Assembly (NCBI GenBank): GCA_030704615.1
Contig: CM060733.1
Coordinates: 17,670,001-17,734,000 of the forward strand
DNA: 64,000 bases
From: Takakia lepidozioides
Lineage: Eukaryota; Plantae; Bryophyta
Direction of reading: 5' to 3'
Shown one piece after another: positions 13,692-27,770 of the stretch (position 1 is its first letter; each line of letters begins with the position of its first letter). The notes under the pieces were generated by a model that saw only the letters and a program-made list of their open reading frames with translations, had not been told where the DNA came from and made no database searches. A program made the translations under genes and the position numbers.

Positions 13692-14318
13692 CAGTGTTGG
13701 ACTACTGTTGGACTGGTATACCGATAGGAAACTGGTATCAATATTGGTATGAAGTACCAGTCTGGTATCACCTCATGCCACTACCTAGCATATACCCGTA
13801 TTGGCCTGGTATATGTTTCCTAAAACTGGGGACGTTACCCTACCAGTATGGCAGGTGGTTCAAATTGATACCAGTACCAGATCCAATTTGTGAGGAAAAC
13901 CTAGGTATCAATATCGACGGCGCAATATGCACTATACACGATATGGATGCAGCTTTCAATAAGCAAAATAGAAATCAGGTCTTGGGGGTGTGATATGTGA
14001 TTGTACCGTCGGGCCTTCAAATTCAATGAGAAGCATGCTTGTACACATTTATATGAGAAGTGGGCCTTTCAATATTACCATATCGTGACTTTGTTTGATA
14101 CCAGACCAGTATCGATAATACGCTGGTATCGGTTTCTAAATACTATTGCTATTGATACCCGTAAAACACCACACCAATCATGTAGTATTGATACCGCCAT
14201 GGTATCCAAATCTCAGATTTTTGCCAATACCAGTACCTCCCTGGTATCACAATTGGCCGGAGGTCTATATCCTAGTACCAGCCTGGTGTGTTGAAAATAT
14301 GATACCAGTCCAACACTG
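13692..14318. mobile_element. Non-autonomous hAT element (MITE), 627 bp
   Basis: TIR CAGTGTTGGACT...AGTCCAACACTG; perfect 8-bp TSD GTATGCAC (13684-13691, 14319-14326); many GGTAT/ATACC subterminal repeats. Confidence 0.92.
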
Positions 14319-15199
14319 GTATGCACTTCATTCACTAGCCTTGTCTTCGCCTAACGCGTAGTTGGTGTGAAGCTACTACCTACTGCCTGTGAAGTTTGTG
14401 TACCTTGTCGGAATGTCTTTTCTTTTCTCATAGAGGGCTTGCCTGGAATTCAACTCGCACGACAACCAAGTTGGAGGTTGGGTAGCATGCGAGCACGAGC
14501 GCATATTCTGCATATACTCTACATGCCCAAAAACTAGTCCATAGCAAAACGATAATTTACGAAACTCAAAAACCTACCAAACTATTTTGAGCTCAGGTTC
14601 ATATGTGCACTAATCACAACACATAATGAACAAATAACCCCTATATATGATAAACATGTTATCTTATAGGTGTGGAATTTGCTTTTGCGCAAGCGACACC
14701 AACACCATGCCCTTTCCATAATAGGCTTGACACTTCATGTCACCTTTAAGATCATGACCCATGGATAATTTTGCAGGGCAAAACTCTAAACCCTGAAACT
14801 ACTTTTATATTTTCAGATAGAATTTTTGAGGACAAAAGTGAAAAATCCAAAATTATCTCCAGAATTATCAAGGCATCTAGGCCATAAAGAGCAAATATTC
14901 ACCTAAACCTAAACCTATACGAAATGTTTTTCGGGGACGTGGGATAGTTGTATTTAAGGATGCAAAGTTTTGAATCAAGCTACATTACCAAGGATTTCTC
15001 AAAGAGAAACACTTCCTTGCCTGGGTTTGTGTTTGCCGCTGCTATAGGTTTAGGGTTTCTGGCTATACTACTAAAGGTTTCACCTTGAGAAACCCTAGAG
15101 TGTTTTTTTTTCGCCTTGAAAACATGTAACTCTTATGACTCGGATTAAAAAAAGATAAAAACCTGGTGACTGTGGGTTGTACTCAGGGTGCCCACGATA

Positions 15200-15366
15200 C
15201 CAAGTTGTAGTCCAGTGGTAATGGGCACATGCCACCTTGGAAGTGGTTGTGGGTTCAAATCACCAATCGTTGTCGCAAAGCTGTCGACCTTTCTGCCAGA
15301 AGGCAGTAGCTCTTTGGGGGTCAAAGAAACACCATAATTTATGCTTCCTTGAGGATGCGTCATACA
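15200..15366 (+). mobile_element. tRNA-headed SINE-like repeat (copy 1)
   Basis: A-box-like CCAGTGGTAA and B-box GGTTCAAATC; colinear with 36758-36918. Confidence 0.7.
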
Positions 15367-18300
15367 AATGCCTTCCACATTAGGATGAGTGAATACAGAT
15401 TCTGTGGGATCGGCCCAAAGCATGCCCCCACTCTATCTTTGACTTCTATTCTGTCCAATAAAAGCAGGGCTGCTTGATTTCGATCCATGCACCTCGCACT
15501 TGAGTTCGTTATTACAGAGATAAATGATCGAGGATGAAATGAAAATTCTCATCCATCTGGCGAAACATCCCTGGCGATACAGGCAAAAGCTGGGGGGTAG
15601 GAATATCTGCAGGCTCGCGGCGCACGACTCTGGATATTTGCGAGCCCAAGCGGCCCCCTGTCCTTGTACATTCATTCATCCTTTGACATTTGTGTGCAGC
15701 ACGCAGCCCAACAACAAACTAAATATAGGAAAATACACCTCCGTCCACCTGAATTATCCACCAAATATGACCATCATTATCTATTTCTCTCTTCACCAAC
15801 CCTGCCTGACTTGTTGTATAGAAATAACTGTCACCATAAACTAAAATAAATCCTTCTGTCTCCCCTAACTAGAATATAAAAAAAGCTCATCAATATTAGT
15901 ATTTTAGTGTTTAATATCTTTGGAAGACAAGCACAAGACGCGCCACTTCTTTATAATATATGTATGCGACCTTATTGAGCCCCAAAAGGGAGGAATACCC
16001 GCAAAAGAAGAGGCTCTTATTTACGCAGGCTTCGGCTTTCTATCCGACCCCCTGTATATGCTTGTATCAAGTTGTATCCAAAAGAATGGGGCTCCCGACC
16101 AACTCGGAAACACATGAAAGGACCCTATTATCGCCGCCGTTTGCTTTGAGTCAACTGGCACATTGTTCGTTTCCAGAATATGCCTACATATCCCCCTACT
16201 TTGCGCATGCCTTGGAAATTGGCCTCACACCGGCCATTAGGGTGAGTTAGTTGGAGGGGCCCGGGTGGAGGGCAAGTCGATAGGGTCGAGCTGCCTCCAA
16301 ACCCACCATTCACGACCGCTCCAAAGAACAACGGATTGCGCTCTGATTGGCGGTGGACCATAAAAGAAAAGTCCCTTGCCCATTACGCAATGGCAGCAGA
16401 GTCATGACTACTTAGAAAGAGTGGGGAGCGCGGCAAGGCAAATGATTCTGTTTTTTAAATCCTCTTCAATTTCTAAAGCGAAATCCATTCAAAATGGAAA
16501 GAGAGATTGAGCCGTCGCATCCCTTTAAGCTCCTTACATTTAGGATCACAAATAAAAGACAAAACCTAGCAAATTATGTGAAAGAAGATTCAACCTTGGT
16601 GTCGAAAGAAAAAAAGAGAAGAGTATGTCGGATGTGCTCTTGTACACTAGCACCCTCTATTCTCCTTCCCACTATTGTCTCACTCGGTGGCCGCAATTCC
16701 AAATCGCCAAATCCGTCTTCAATCTCTCCGCCCGCCAACCATATCTGACTTAATAATGCGTGTGCAGTGCAATCCATCCTGTCGTATATCAAGCTTAGAG
16801 AAAAAAGAAACATGTTCAATTTAGCTTGTTATATATTTTCTAGTTTCTCTCATTGACATGAGCAATTTATGGAGTTACCTACATTTATCGTGTAACTGAA
16901 ACTGAAGCAGAAGCATGAGGTAGGTGGGGGCCGTTTGCCTGCCAGGCTGGCACGCAGGCCGTCGGCAGTGTGTACGGATGCCGGGCGGGAGGTGTATCGA
17001 ACGGGATATTTGTGTTGCCGCCGGTATACGACTGTGTCCACGCGGCTCCTCCGCAGTCGCCTTGTGCGCTTTCCCACACAATCCCCACCTCCTGCTTCCA
17101 ACCGCCAACTTGTGCTTCTTTCGCATCTTTTTTACTTTATATTCTAATGTTTATTTATTCCATATCTGATCGGATGACCAATTTGCTGCTACTTCTCCTA
17201 CTACTTACTAGCTCACTGTTACCGTGGTGATTTTTGTGGGGGTGATTTTACTAGGGCGAATCTTTGGGATTTTGTTTGTTTTTTTGGGATATTTACATCG
17301 ACAAAATGTGATAGGGCGGCAAAACTAGCCCATTCAACAAGAGCATTAAAAAAAATGATCGCAGGTGGTGGGGATGAATCCCGCATCGTTGGGTCCATCC
17401 ATTATACTTAGGCTAATTAGTAGGGACTGTATGACTTTACCATTATTTTATTTTATTGTTTTATAAGACAAACAGTCGGTAGGTAGCGACAACTTTGATT
17501 TATTTTAAGACATAAGAAAGCCATGGGAGCACTACAATTGTACGATGCAAAGCACAGCGTTTTTGGAAAGCAACAGTGAGCCACTGTCCATATAGTGGTT
17601 GCCAACCCCGCCCCTAATTTGGGACGTTGCATAGAACAATGGGATAAATATCACCCTCCCTACAACATCTCGACCTTCCGCCCGTGGGGACGGAACATGG
17701 AACCATGTATTATTGTGTTTTAATTTTACATTCAAATCAAAATTGGTTATCGCACTTTGACCAGCCGACCTATCCTAGTGCAACCCCTGAGTCCATCCAT
17801 CCATCCAGGTAACAGAGACAGCTAACAATTGACCCCCCGGCGTAAACCTAGGGATATGTTTATGGGTTTGTTGTGCTGCGCAAGGGTTGTCTTTTCTGTT
17901 GGATTTGACATTTCCCGACAATTACAGCTCAGTGTTTTTATTTCTGGCGAAATTTCGCACTTTTTCGACCTCAAAAAAAGAATATTCTGTCATAAATTCC
18001 CTAATTTTATCATGGATGAAATCGCCAAAATTCTCCAGAAAAATATAAATCTGGTATGCATTCGCCTAATATGGATGATATAAATGGATGAAAGTACATA
18101 TGCGGATGATTATGTCCAAATTACAGTGGATGAACAGAAAATATGGCTATTTCCTGCAAAACTCAGTAACCACTCCTGTTATTTCCCAAATGTGAAAAAA
18201 AAACACTTAATTACAGTAATTCCGCTGCCTTGTTCCCAAATAATAATAGTAATAAATTAATTTGTCCTGCAAAATAATAAGCTAAATTGAGATATACTAT

Positions 18301-19303
18301 ACCTAACGAGAGGTTGGGAGCAACAAAATCCTCGTGGCGAGGCCGACGCCGGGTGCCGATGGCGGGGTCCAGGGAAGGGAATAGGGGGGAGGGGTGGGGG
18401 GGGCCCGGGCTGGGCCGAAGCTCAATATGTCCGCGGTCACATGCACCCTATTTTCACTTTCTCGCACTTTCCTCGACTCTGGACTCGCTTTAGCCCTGAG
18501 CACCGCGTCGTGCTGTGGAGTATTTCCTGAATCGTGACCGTGAGATCCGGCCATTGCGCGTGATGAGAGTGGGAGCCTTGATAAGTGCAATACATGTGCA
18601 GGCGCAGAGGTTTGAGGAGCACGCATATCATTTCTGACATTGTGAGATTAAAGAGTACCTAGGTAGAGAGCCTTGCAGTCATCGGTTTGCTCTTCTAGAG
18701 CTTGTACTGTTGCGAAGAGCGGCTCCTCGCATGGTATTGGATCTCATGTGAAGTGTGCAGAGAAAAGAGCTTTGTGTGTGACGGAACTGAAAGGATAGGA
18801 GCAGGAAGAAGGAGGGGTGGTTCACAGAAGGCAGCAACCCCCGGGATGTTTGTGTCGGGAAGGAGCTCATTTTCGGGAGGAATAAATAGATAGTGACTGC
18901 ACGGTGGAGACTGGAGACCACATTCCTCCTGACTTGACATGTCAAGAAGCAGAGCGGAACAGAGAGAGAAGCAACGCAGATCAAAAGACAGGCCTCGTGC
19001 TGCTTTCAGAGACGCCGGAGTCATCATTTTACTCTGATTAGTGAGAAAGAAGTCAGTTGGAAGTTTTGAGGCTGCGGTGACAAGTAAGATTTCCTCCTTC
19101 ATTTGCTCCCTAGATGTTGAGTATTACGTGCAAATGAATGAGTACATATCTTGGAAAGTGTTGAAAGGGCGGGGTAGCTGATTTGGCATGAGCGAGAGAG
19201 GCAGAGATCGCAGGACGGGCAAGCAAGTGGTACTTCATGTAGCCAGAGCTTGAGCTTCACACCGGCTTTTGAGGCCGGGCCTGCCAAGTCGAACATGAGT
19301 TAC

Positions 19304-19661
19304 CTTAGCACATGCAGAGCGGACACACCTATGGTATTGAGGAATGAACTCTTGAGATGTCATTTGTAGCTATACACTTGACTCTCATCATACAAGGGGT
19401 TCCCTTATCAATAGGTTGGGGAAGGGGTGAATTTGCAGATCACAATGAGGAATGGTGTCCCTTGCTGACTGTCGAGTCAAACAGATGTATCTTAGCATAT
19501 GCAGAGCGGAGATACCTATGGCATTGAGGAATGAACTATTGAAATGTCGTTTGTAGCTGCACACTTGACTCTCATTATACAAGGGGGTTCCGTTATCAGT
19601 AGGTTGGGGAAGGGGTCAATTTGCAGATCACAGTGAGCATTGGTATCCCTTGCTGACTGTC
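19304..19661 (+). repeat. Tandem duplication of an approximately 187-bp unit upstream of the NT-C2 start codon (probable 5' UTR intron)
   Basis: CTTAGCAYATGCAGAGCGGA...CCCTTGCTGACTGTC occurs twice (19304, 19491). Confidence 0.9.
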
Positions 19662-20591
19662 AAATCTCTGTAAGCCACTCATTTTAAAGGTGTAACTGCT
19701 CTAGGGCTTGGAGCATCCATACACAAGATGTGCGTTGAGGGTCTGTGCGTCATTTTCGGGTTTAATGGATCTGATTAAGCAGGATGATCACAAACTGGTG
19801 AACCTCTCTAATGGGGAACGCAAAGGTGCTTATATAGAGCTTGAAATGAGGTAATGTTTGGAGAGGTCACTTTGTGGTCAAGGTCAAGATGGGAGGAGAC
19901 CTTATTCCGGTGGACCTTTCTGGTGGTGTACTTTGGGTTGTCTCTAGGGACAGTTCGTGGAAGGAGAATGTAACAGTTCCTAAGAAGTGATAGCACAAGT
20001 CTCTAACTAGGCACAGGAGAGTGAAGTTCAGGGTGTCAGGGTCCATTGGAATTGCTAAGGGGTTAAAAGGAGGATGGCGAATGCAAAGAAGCTCAATGCA
20101 GTGTTTCAGTGCTTCATTATCCACTGCCACACTTCTTTCTACCTGTCAAAGAGAATTAGAGAGTGATTTTGGTAGAGTGGGCACAGAATCTTTTCTTGCA
20201 TGGCTGAAATTGTTCCTGACACTGAAATTTACTGCTGACTGCAGGAAGCTGACATTCATGAGGACAGAGGACGGGTGTCGACCATCACATGGAGTTGGAG
20301 TTGGCCTGTAGGAGTGTATGCAGCGTTGATAAAAGGCGACGAAGCTCTATTTGAGAGTGCCATACAACCTCTAAAGGCATTTTTGGCTCAGTTTAGAGGT
20401 AGCACTGGAGGAGGGAGATTGTGGGTCAGGGTAGTACGGCGGATTACCTTGGTGAGCACATAGCAGTTTAGGTGTTCGTGTCTTTGTGGGCAGCAACCTC
20501 TGGGTGCTCTGAAGCAAGTCTACTGTTGACGAAGGAGAGGGAGGTAGGAAGCTGTTGTCGAGTGGTTGGAGGATCGACCAGTGTATCAAAG

Positions 20592-23500
20592 ATGGTGATG
20601 AAATTGATGAAATGGCCTCTGCGACCTTTCTTTCCAAAGAAATATCAAGTCAAACTTACTTTACACAAGCTTGAGGGATTATCTGTTGCTGAAGGCAGTG
20701 GGCTTGAGGAGACTAAGCTCCATGTGGATGTGAAGTGGAAGGGACCAAAAGGTGCCCTTGGATCACGTTTTAGAAGCATGAGAAGGGGAAGGACCAGCGC
20801 GTTGCCTGTGGGATGTAGTGGGTGTGTCACTTGGGAGCAGGATTTTGAGCATGCTTGTGTTCTTACCACTGGCAAGGGTGGCACCTTCCAACCTTGGCAT
20901 GTCTACCTTGTCCTTTGCAAGGTAGTTATCTCTTTGGCACCCTCATTTTGTGGAAATTTTCATGTAGTATTGTATTTTGTCATGAAATTGTTCTCTGGAT
21001 ACGTCTAGGGAAAATGTCAGCTTGTTTGCTCTGTTATTTTTTGTTGTTTCTTTCTTTCATTCTCCAGTACTTAAAAGCCATTTCCTCCATTGCTGACTGC
21101 CTTCGGAAATTTGTCACTGACGTGAATGGTTTATTGATATTTGCTCTCACTGATACTTTATGTGCTTGCCAACCCAATGATGCGTTTCTGTTTTTGTCTC
21201 ATGTGTGAATTGCAATGTACTCTGAAATCATGCAGTGATGGTCGCTGTTGATACTGGACAGTGTTCCATGGACTGCATGTTAGAAACTTGTTGTGCTGCC
21301 ATCAAGTAAGGTCATGCCACCAGTAAGAATTGCTGGCAGACTTGCATGGGGTGTTTGCAGTCTCAATATGTGGACTTGTGGAGATTCTTGGATGGATGTG
21401 AATTCTCCGAAACACCCTTCTCCCTTAGTGTCCGGATTTCTTTTCTGGGAAAGAATGTTGAGTTCCTGTGTGTATATGAATGCAGGTTTTGCGAGATGAT
21501 GCCAAGGGCAATCTATCAGTGGCTGGCACAGTAATTGTGGATGTTGCTGCCCTGGCATCTGTGGCAAGCAGCGACAACCAGTCCTTGACCTACCCTATCA
21601 CTTGCAATCTTGGGGGTTCTGAAGTTATGGCAAGTCTCAGGGTAAGTTTTCTCGTCCCAAACGTATGTACTAGATAGTATCTACCTGATTCATACAGATT
21701 TTTTGCCCTGCCAATTTGTGCACGTACCTATGACCTCTAGTTGTTTGATCTGGATGCATTGATCCCATCTGGCAAGATTTTTCAAAGCTTATGATGTTGT
21801 TAGAGATAAACATTTTTGTCCTTGCAGGTTACCTTGGGTTTTGTGGAGCTTCGGACAATGCATGAGGCAGGGCTGGAAAGTGTGCACAGACTCATGGCAC
21901 CAGCAATGGCGTGCATTGGGGATCCCTTTACATGGGAGGGTGAGGATCAGGCACAGAAGGTTGTGACAAGGAAGAAAGACAAGGACTCTAAAGAGTTATC
22001 TAAGGAACAAGTGCTGGGTGCGAAAGGGAAGAAAAACCCACCTGTTGAGGAAGGGGAAGTCGCGGATGATGGAAAATTCTCCCCCCGGAGTGTGGACAGC
22101 TTGCAGGATGCCTTGGATCTGTTTGACTCTGACTCGGTGGATGAATATGATGTTGAAGACTATGGAGATGAAGGGGAAGAGGCCGGTCTTGAGAAATCCT
22201 TCAGCTATGGAACACTCGCAGGAGCAAATCTTTTTGTGGAAGGAGCTCTCCCATATCACAGAGATGATGATGGTTTTTATAATGAGAGTGAGAACGGTCT
22301 TTCAGTAATCAGTAGAGCAAGCTCTTTGACACTCCCAAAAGTGGCCACAGCGCCAGAGGAGGTCTCAACATCAGAATCAGGAGAGTTGGTGTCGCAGGGC
22401 TCCTTGAAGAGTATGCTATCTTGGAGAAAGAGGAAACTCAGCTTTCGGTCTCCCCGAGCTCGTGGGGAACCATTGTTGAACAAAGCGTATGGAGAAGAGG
22501 GGGGTGATGAGATTGACTGGGACCGCCGTCAGTGCGGTTCACCTTCAGATCTACCTGAACTTACGGTGAGTTGTATTCTCCTTCTCTGGGCTTCCCCTTC
22601 CACCTACCCTTTCAGTCAGAGAGAGAAGGGCGTTCAAGGTGGTCTGAATATCTAGCGGTTTATCTGCTCAAAGCTCAAGGCTGTGTCAATTGTTCTTGCA
22701 CACTTATCCTTGGCTGGTGCTAGTACCCACCCGACACCAGAGCCGGGGGTGCAATGCTCCCATGCAAGAAAAGAAGAGACTGCATTCATCGCTATTTTAT
22801 GGTCTCTCAATCTTTCCCTCGAATAACATGGGATGAGTATAATTCTATAATTCTATGATTGTGCTGACTAGTTCAAATTCCCCTCCCATCAATTTTTAAG
22901 TGCAATGTGTTTCACTTCGCAGTGTTACTTTCCAGAGAGTTGACTGTAAATCATGTTAGATTGTCAGAATTTTTAGTCTCAAAGATTTCAGCTCCCATAC
23001 TAACATGTTCCTCATATGTTCTTCATATAGTAGATGAAACATGTGCAGTATAAGTATGGTTTACAACTGATTCAAATGCGATTCTTATTGTGTCATGTTA
23101 ATTGCTTGTTGTCCTGTAGCGGCGAAGAAGCGAGGGCACAGACACTTCATTAACAAATGCAACTCTAGCTTTAGATTTTGGCGAAGAACTCTTTACAGTT
23201 GGAACATGGGAGCAGAAAGACTTTGTGAGCCGAGATGGACAGACAAAGCTGCAGGCTAAGGTGTTCTTTGCGTCTTTCGACCAGCGCAGCGAAAGTGCGG
23301 CTGGTGAGAGTGCATGTACTGCGCTGGTTGCAGTGATTGCTGACTGGCTCCACCATCACCCTGCCCTGACACCTAGCAAGGCAGAGTTTGACATGCTGAT
23401 CCGGGAGGGCTCTGCTGAATGGAGGAATTTGTGCATGGTTGACACTTACAAAGACCGTTTTCCAGATCGGCACTTTGATCTGGACACTATCCTGCAGGCA

Positions 23501-24166
23501 GCGGTCCGCCCACTGCGTGTGGTGCCCGAGAAGTCATTTATTGGGTTTTTCCAGCCCGAGGGTCTTAGTGATTCTTGTGATTTCTTGCAAGGTGCAATGT
23601 CATTCGACAGTATTTGGGAAGAGTTGGAGCAAGCTGGTCCTGCCGTCTACATTGTGAGCTGGAATGATCACTTCTTCGTCCTGAAAGTTGAAGAGGAAGG
23701 TTGTTACATTATTGATACATTGGGAGAGAGGCTTTATGAATGTTGTAATCAGGCGTACATTCTACAGTTTGATAGAGAAACATCTCTGTGTCGATTGCCA
23801 CCCACCAAGGAAAATGATACATCGGACTTGCCCCAGTCTGAGAGTGTGGCAGTTACTTCTTCAGAGGCCTCTGGTAAGGGGGACCTGCAGGCTGAGGGTG
23901 AACAGATTTCCCCAGTAACTGCACTTGTCACCTCTGATGAAAAACCCAATGGCTTGGACCTTGCTGCTGCTGATGTGGTGCATGTTGGAAGAGGTGCCTG
24001 CCGTCAATTTGTGAAGGAGTTTTTTGCTGCGCTTCCTCTGCGCGAGCTGCAGATTGACATCAAGAAGGGGCTGCTTGGCAAGGTCCCACTGCACCAGCGG
24101 CTGCAGATTGAGTTCCACTTTACTGAGGCAATCGCAAATTCCTGCAGAGATTTGATAGCTGTATGA
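20592..24166 (+). CDS. NT-type C2 (EEIG1/EHBP1 N-terminal) domain protein of a conserved land-plant family. Exons 20592-20921, 21486-21641, 21828-22565, 23120-24166
   Basis: All phase-0 GT-AG junctions; motifs VKWKGPK, WEQDFEHAC, WRKRKLSFRSP, GEPLLNKAYGEEGGDEIDWDRRQ, FFASFDQRSE.AAGESACTALVAVIADW, YIVSWNDHFFVLKVE, LHQRLQIEFH. Confidence 0.93.
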
Positions 24167-26559
24167 TTGTCTCTCCTATACTGGAGCTGATGCAGATGGA
24201 CCCAGGCCTTGGGTCTGCATGCTGAGCATGGTTCACTTTCTTTTTCCTGGAAGTGAAGTTGTCTGTGTGTGCGTGGCCGGTGGAAAGATGGAGGGAAGGA
24301 AGTAGAAAGTTAGTTGGAGCATTGATCCAAGTGCAATTATTGTAGAACTAAACATGCGTGTCCAGAGGTTGTAGACCCTTGACAGTAGATTCCTTTAGGG
24401 GGTACTGAAGATGTTTAGTGGGACTGTGCATTTACCACGGTCTGGTCTTTTTGTTCACTTTGTACCACCCCCTCCCCCTCCGCCGTCTTTCTCCTTGCCC
24501 ATTGCTTGGTTGACTTAGTGGACGACCACAGAGGTTAGTGCATCATCTGGAAGGCAGAGATAGTGCAAAAGGAAACCTAGTTCATGTCTTCTCTTCCAAA
24601 AGTGAAGATGAATCCTGGAAAGGAGGTGGATTTGTATTGAGGTGGACGCCATCTTCCCATGACTGACTACTGACATGACATGTCATACTTAGTTACCTTG
24701 TATTTATTGTATGGGTGCCATGAAATCTGAACAAAGTAGTGTTTTGGATGGTTTTCCAGTGCCCAAACAATCCAGAGTTTTGAGCATAGTGATTTGCATC
24801 AGACCTCCGATTGAATGTACAATAGCTGGTATCCGACTTCTGAGCTTTGAGGTGGTGGTTTTGGCATTAGATATTACTGGGTTGGAACTCTGTAACGCCG
24901 GCATTCTCACTATGTAGAAGTTAAACATTAAATATGTTTTCACTGTATCAGAGTGTTTGTATGGCATATATCTTTGTATTTTTCCTAGTAGTTATGTCAA
25001 TTGGGCACATGCAAAGACTGGACATGTTTGTGAGTAGTGGGAACATTCTGGGCCCCTTTGCTTTGGAACATAGCTTGTGAACCTCTAGTTTTAGTGTGCA
25101 GAAAGACCAAAAGATTTAAGGCGGGAGTAGGGCTTCTGCCATAGAGACCTGGAAGTCTACGAACAAGATATTAGACTCCCCTATGAGATATGGTTGCAAA
25201 GCCTGCAACCAACAGAATCTCAGAGTGTAGTCAGATTTGCATTTAATGGCTGTTCATTCCGATGTAAAGCACTTGAAAATGGCCTTTGTAAAAATTTCCT
25301 TTGTAAGAACTGGTGCTTCACCACTCTTGGTTGCAAGATCCCACATTTTCCCCGGAGCATTTGGTGGAATTCCACATGTTACCCCGGGGTGTTTTGCGGT
25401 GGAATTGTTATTTCTTACCTAATGCATAAAATTATTAAGAGATTCATGAGTCACTACTTGAATGTGGATAACATGCAGTTGAACCACTTCAATGGGTAGC
25501 CATGCTCATGTGAGCAGAACGCCATATTCTACATAAACTCTGAATATCCAGAAAATATGCTTATAGTGAAACAAAACTGTGTATTAATAAAATTAATCAG
25601 GGCTGCAATCCCCCTGTTCTGTAATTTATTTTAAAAAAAAAAAAAAACTGTGCTCACAAGCCAAAGTTGAAAAAAAGAATCCTTTAACAATTGGAAATTA
25701 TCGAGCAGCAAAAACTGCAATGTAGCTCTCCGTGTTTTCCGGTGAGGGTGTGCGAGGTGAGGGACTTACTCTTTTTTTCGGATCCTTCTCGCTGTGACCT
25801 TGTGTTCTTGGCTTCTCAGTTGTACTCCCTTTGTTGCCTTTGTGTTGAGCAGTAGGCTCTGTAAATTCACTGGACGTTAAAGAAACTTTATTTATCTTTA
25901 GTTATTTCCTCGTCCGATTCCATGGCAAAGTTGTCCCCTTCAAGTGTGCTACATTTACCACCTTGCCCAAATGCGCGTCGTTTCCCTCCTTGTTTAGTAT
26001 GTTTACGTCTCCGCCGAAGCTCCAAGTTGCCTGATTTTACAGCTCGCTTCTTTTCATGCTTTCTTTATTCTCTAGTTTAGTTTGGAGTGTGCGACTGGTT
26101 TCTCATTCATTCTCTCTTTTTTGCCTTTGTTGAGATGCTATTGTCTCTTCTCGAGCTAGAGGCTGCTTTCTCATTCTTGCCTTCTTTGCAGCTCCGCTTA
26201 ATCTGGAACGGCGTACAGACACCCATGCATTGGCTGGCTATCTATCCTTGCCAGGATTTGGGGTTGGAGCTCACTTTGGCAATTTTTTGGGCTGTCTCAA
26301 TGTGTTTGATCCGGAGGCCAGCAACGACATGGTGCCGGATGGGGGGGTTGGTATCCTGTGAGCACAGCGTGTGCGTGTTCACGCCCGCGTGAGCACAACC
26401 CACGGTCATGGGAAACCTCGGTCATAGGAGTTATATGTTCTCAGAACAGAATAAAATCATAAGCGGGTATAGAAAACTGGTGCATTTGTACAATACATTT
26501 ACGCCAATTCAGCGAGGCAAAACCTTTAGTGGTGTAGCCAAAAACCCTAAATCTGTAGT

Positions 26560-26690
26560 GGCGGCAGTGAATTTCGCATTGAGAAATACTTGGTGATATG
26601 GGCACAAACTAAGCAGCGGTGAATTTCGCACTGAGCAATACTTGGTGATATGGGCACAAACTAAGCAAACAGTGGGTTTTGCATTGAGAA
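26560..26690 (+). repeat. Short tandem repeat, 51-bp unit, about 2.5 copies
   Basis: GTGAATTTCGCAYTGAGMAATACTTGGTGATATGGGCACAAACTAAGC repeated. Confidence 0.8.
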
Positions 26691-27056
26691 ATCCCATCAC
26701 CCAAAAATCCTACATAAAAAAGGAATGGGTGGGGGGCTTGAAAAGTGAACTATTCATCTTTTTAGCCACAATGTGATTGCTTCTCAGGCGGAATTTCGCA
26801 GTGCAAAATTATCCATGGGAGATTTTATTTTTTTTTTTCTAAGGAAGGGAAGGGACACTCTCCTGCCTCTTATGGAGAAAAAGTCATGCCTATAGGGTAA
26901 CATGTTCATTAGGTATAGAGGCTACTTGTTCTTATGTGTTAGTTTTGCATAATTGTTAATTTCGTCAATTTCAACACTCACTACCCAACCTCTCGGATGG
27001 GACACTCTATCCAATGTTAGCAGGGACGGAGAAACCGGTGTGGAGGTGGTGTTAAC

Positions 27057-27556
27057 CAATGTTGTACCGGTATATAGGGTATTGCCTGGTATGTGCACAT
27101 GTATATGCACTGGTATTAGATACCAGACCAATCTGGTATAATTTGGGAGAATACTTGGTCATATACCATGACCCACCCAGGCTGGTATTAGTTTTTTCAT
27201 ACCAGCCACAATACCAGTACTCCCCCAGGTGTCTTCCTCATTTACTCTGGTATGTATACTATATTAATTTATATGTACATATGCCTACATATTTGTATTA
27301 TATTATATTATATTATATTTGTTTCACTTGATACTTGCTATTTGATAAACTTGTTATTCAATGATAGCTTTGGAATTACACAAGAATTGATATCTCATAC
27401 CAGCTGGTATTGTGGTCATGATACTCATACTTATACCAATATCTGGAAAAAGATACATCTATTATTATATAGACCAGACTGGTATGAAAGTTTTGCGATA
27501 TGTCTGGTACCAGGACCAGTCTGGTATGTCCTAAAACTGATACCAGTACAACACTG
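27057..27556. mobile_element. Non-autonomous hAT element (MITE), 500 bp, sister family of 13692-14318
   Basis: TIR CAATGTTGTACCGGTAT / ATACCAGTACAACACTG; perfect TSD GTGTTAAC (27049-27056, 27557-27564). Confidence 0.9.
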
Positions 27557-27564
27557 GTGTTAAC

Positions 27565-27770
27565 GCTGGGAGGTACGATTATTCCCCCCATCATCAAACT
27601 GCCATCTCTTGTGGCTAAGTTCATTGCTATGGCCGTCAAGGAGAAGCCCTTTAACTTAGTGTACTGCCATGGCTGCAATAGCATCAAACACTTCAAAGTT
27701 GATTGTTCCGTCATTAAATGTAAGCGTGAGGGCACCGCTCGTGCGTCCCCTCCGCAAGCCTCTTAAGCGT
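27565..27770 (+). mobile_element. Retroelement (LINE ORF1 or gag) remnant with zinc knuckle, interrupted by the hAT MITE
   Basis: CHGCNSIKHFKVDC matches CX2CX4HX4C. Confidence 0.6.

Noticed and set aside
13547-14361. Y/W/P-rich ORFs (also 26922-27563 and 38268-38912)
   Set aside because: Translations of GGTAT/ATACC-rich hAT MITE interiors
14780-15100. Interstitial telomeric repeats
   Set aside because: Only isolated AAACCCT/TTTAGGG-like words and no array; telo-box function cannot be supported without a linked gene
20472-20591. ORF-track N-terminal extension of the NT-C2 protein
   Set aside because: Begins at a GTG; family-like sequence starts at the ATG at 20592
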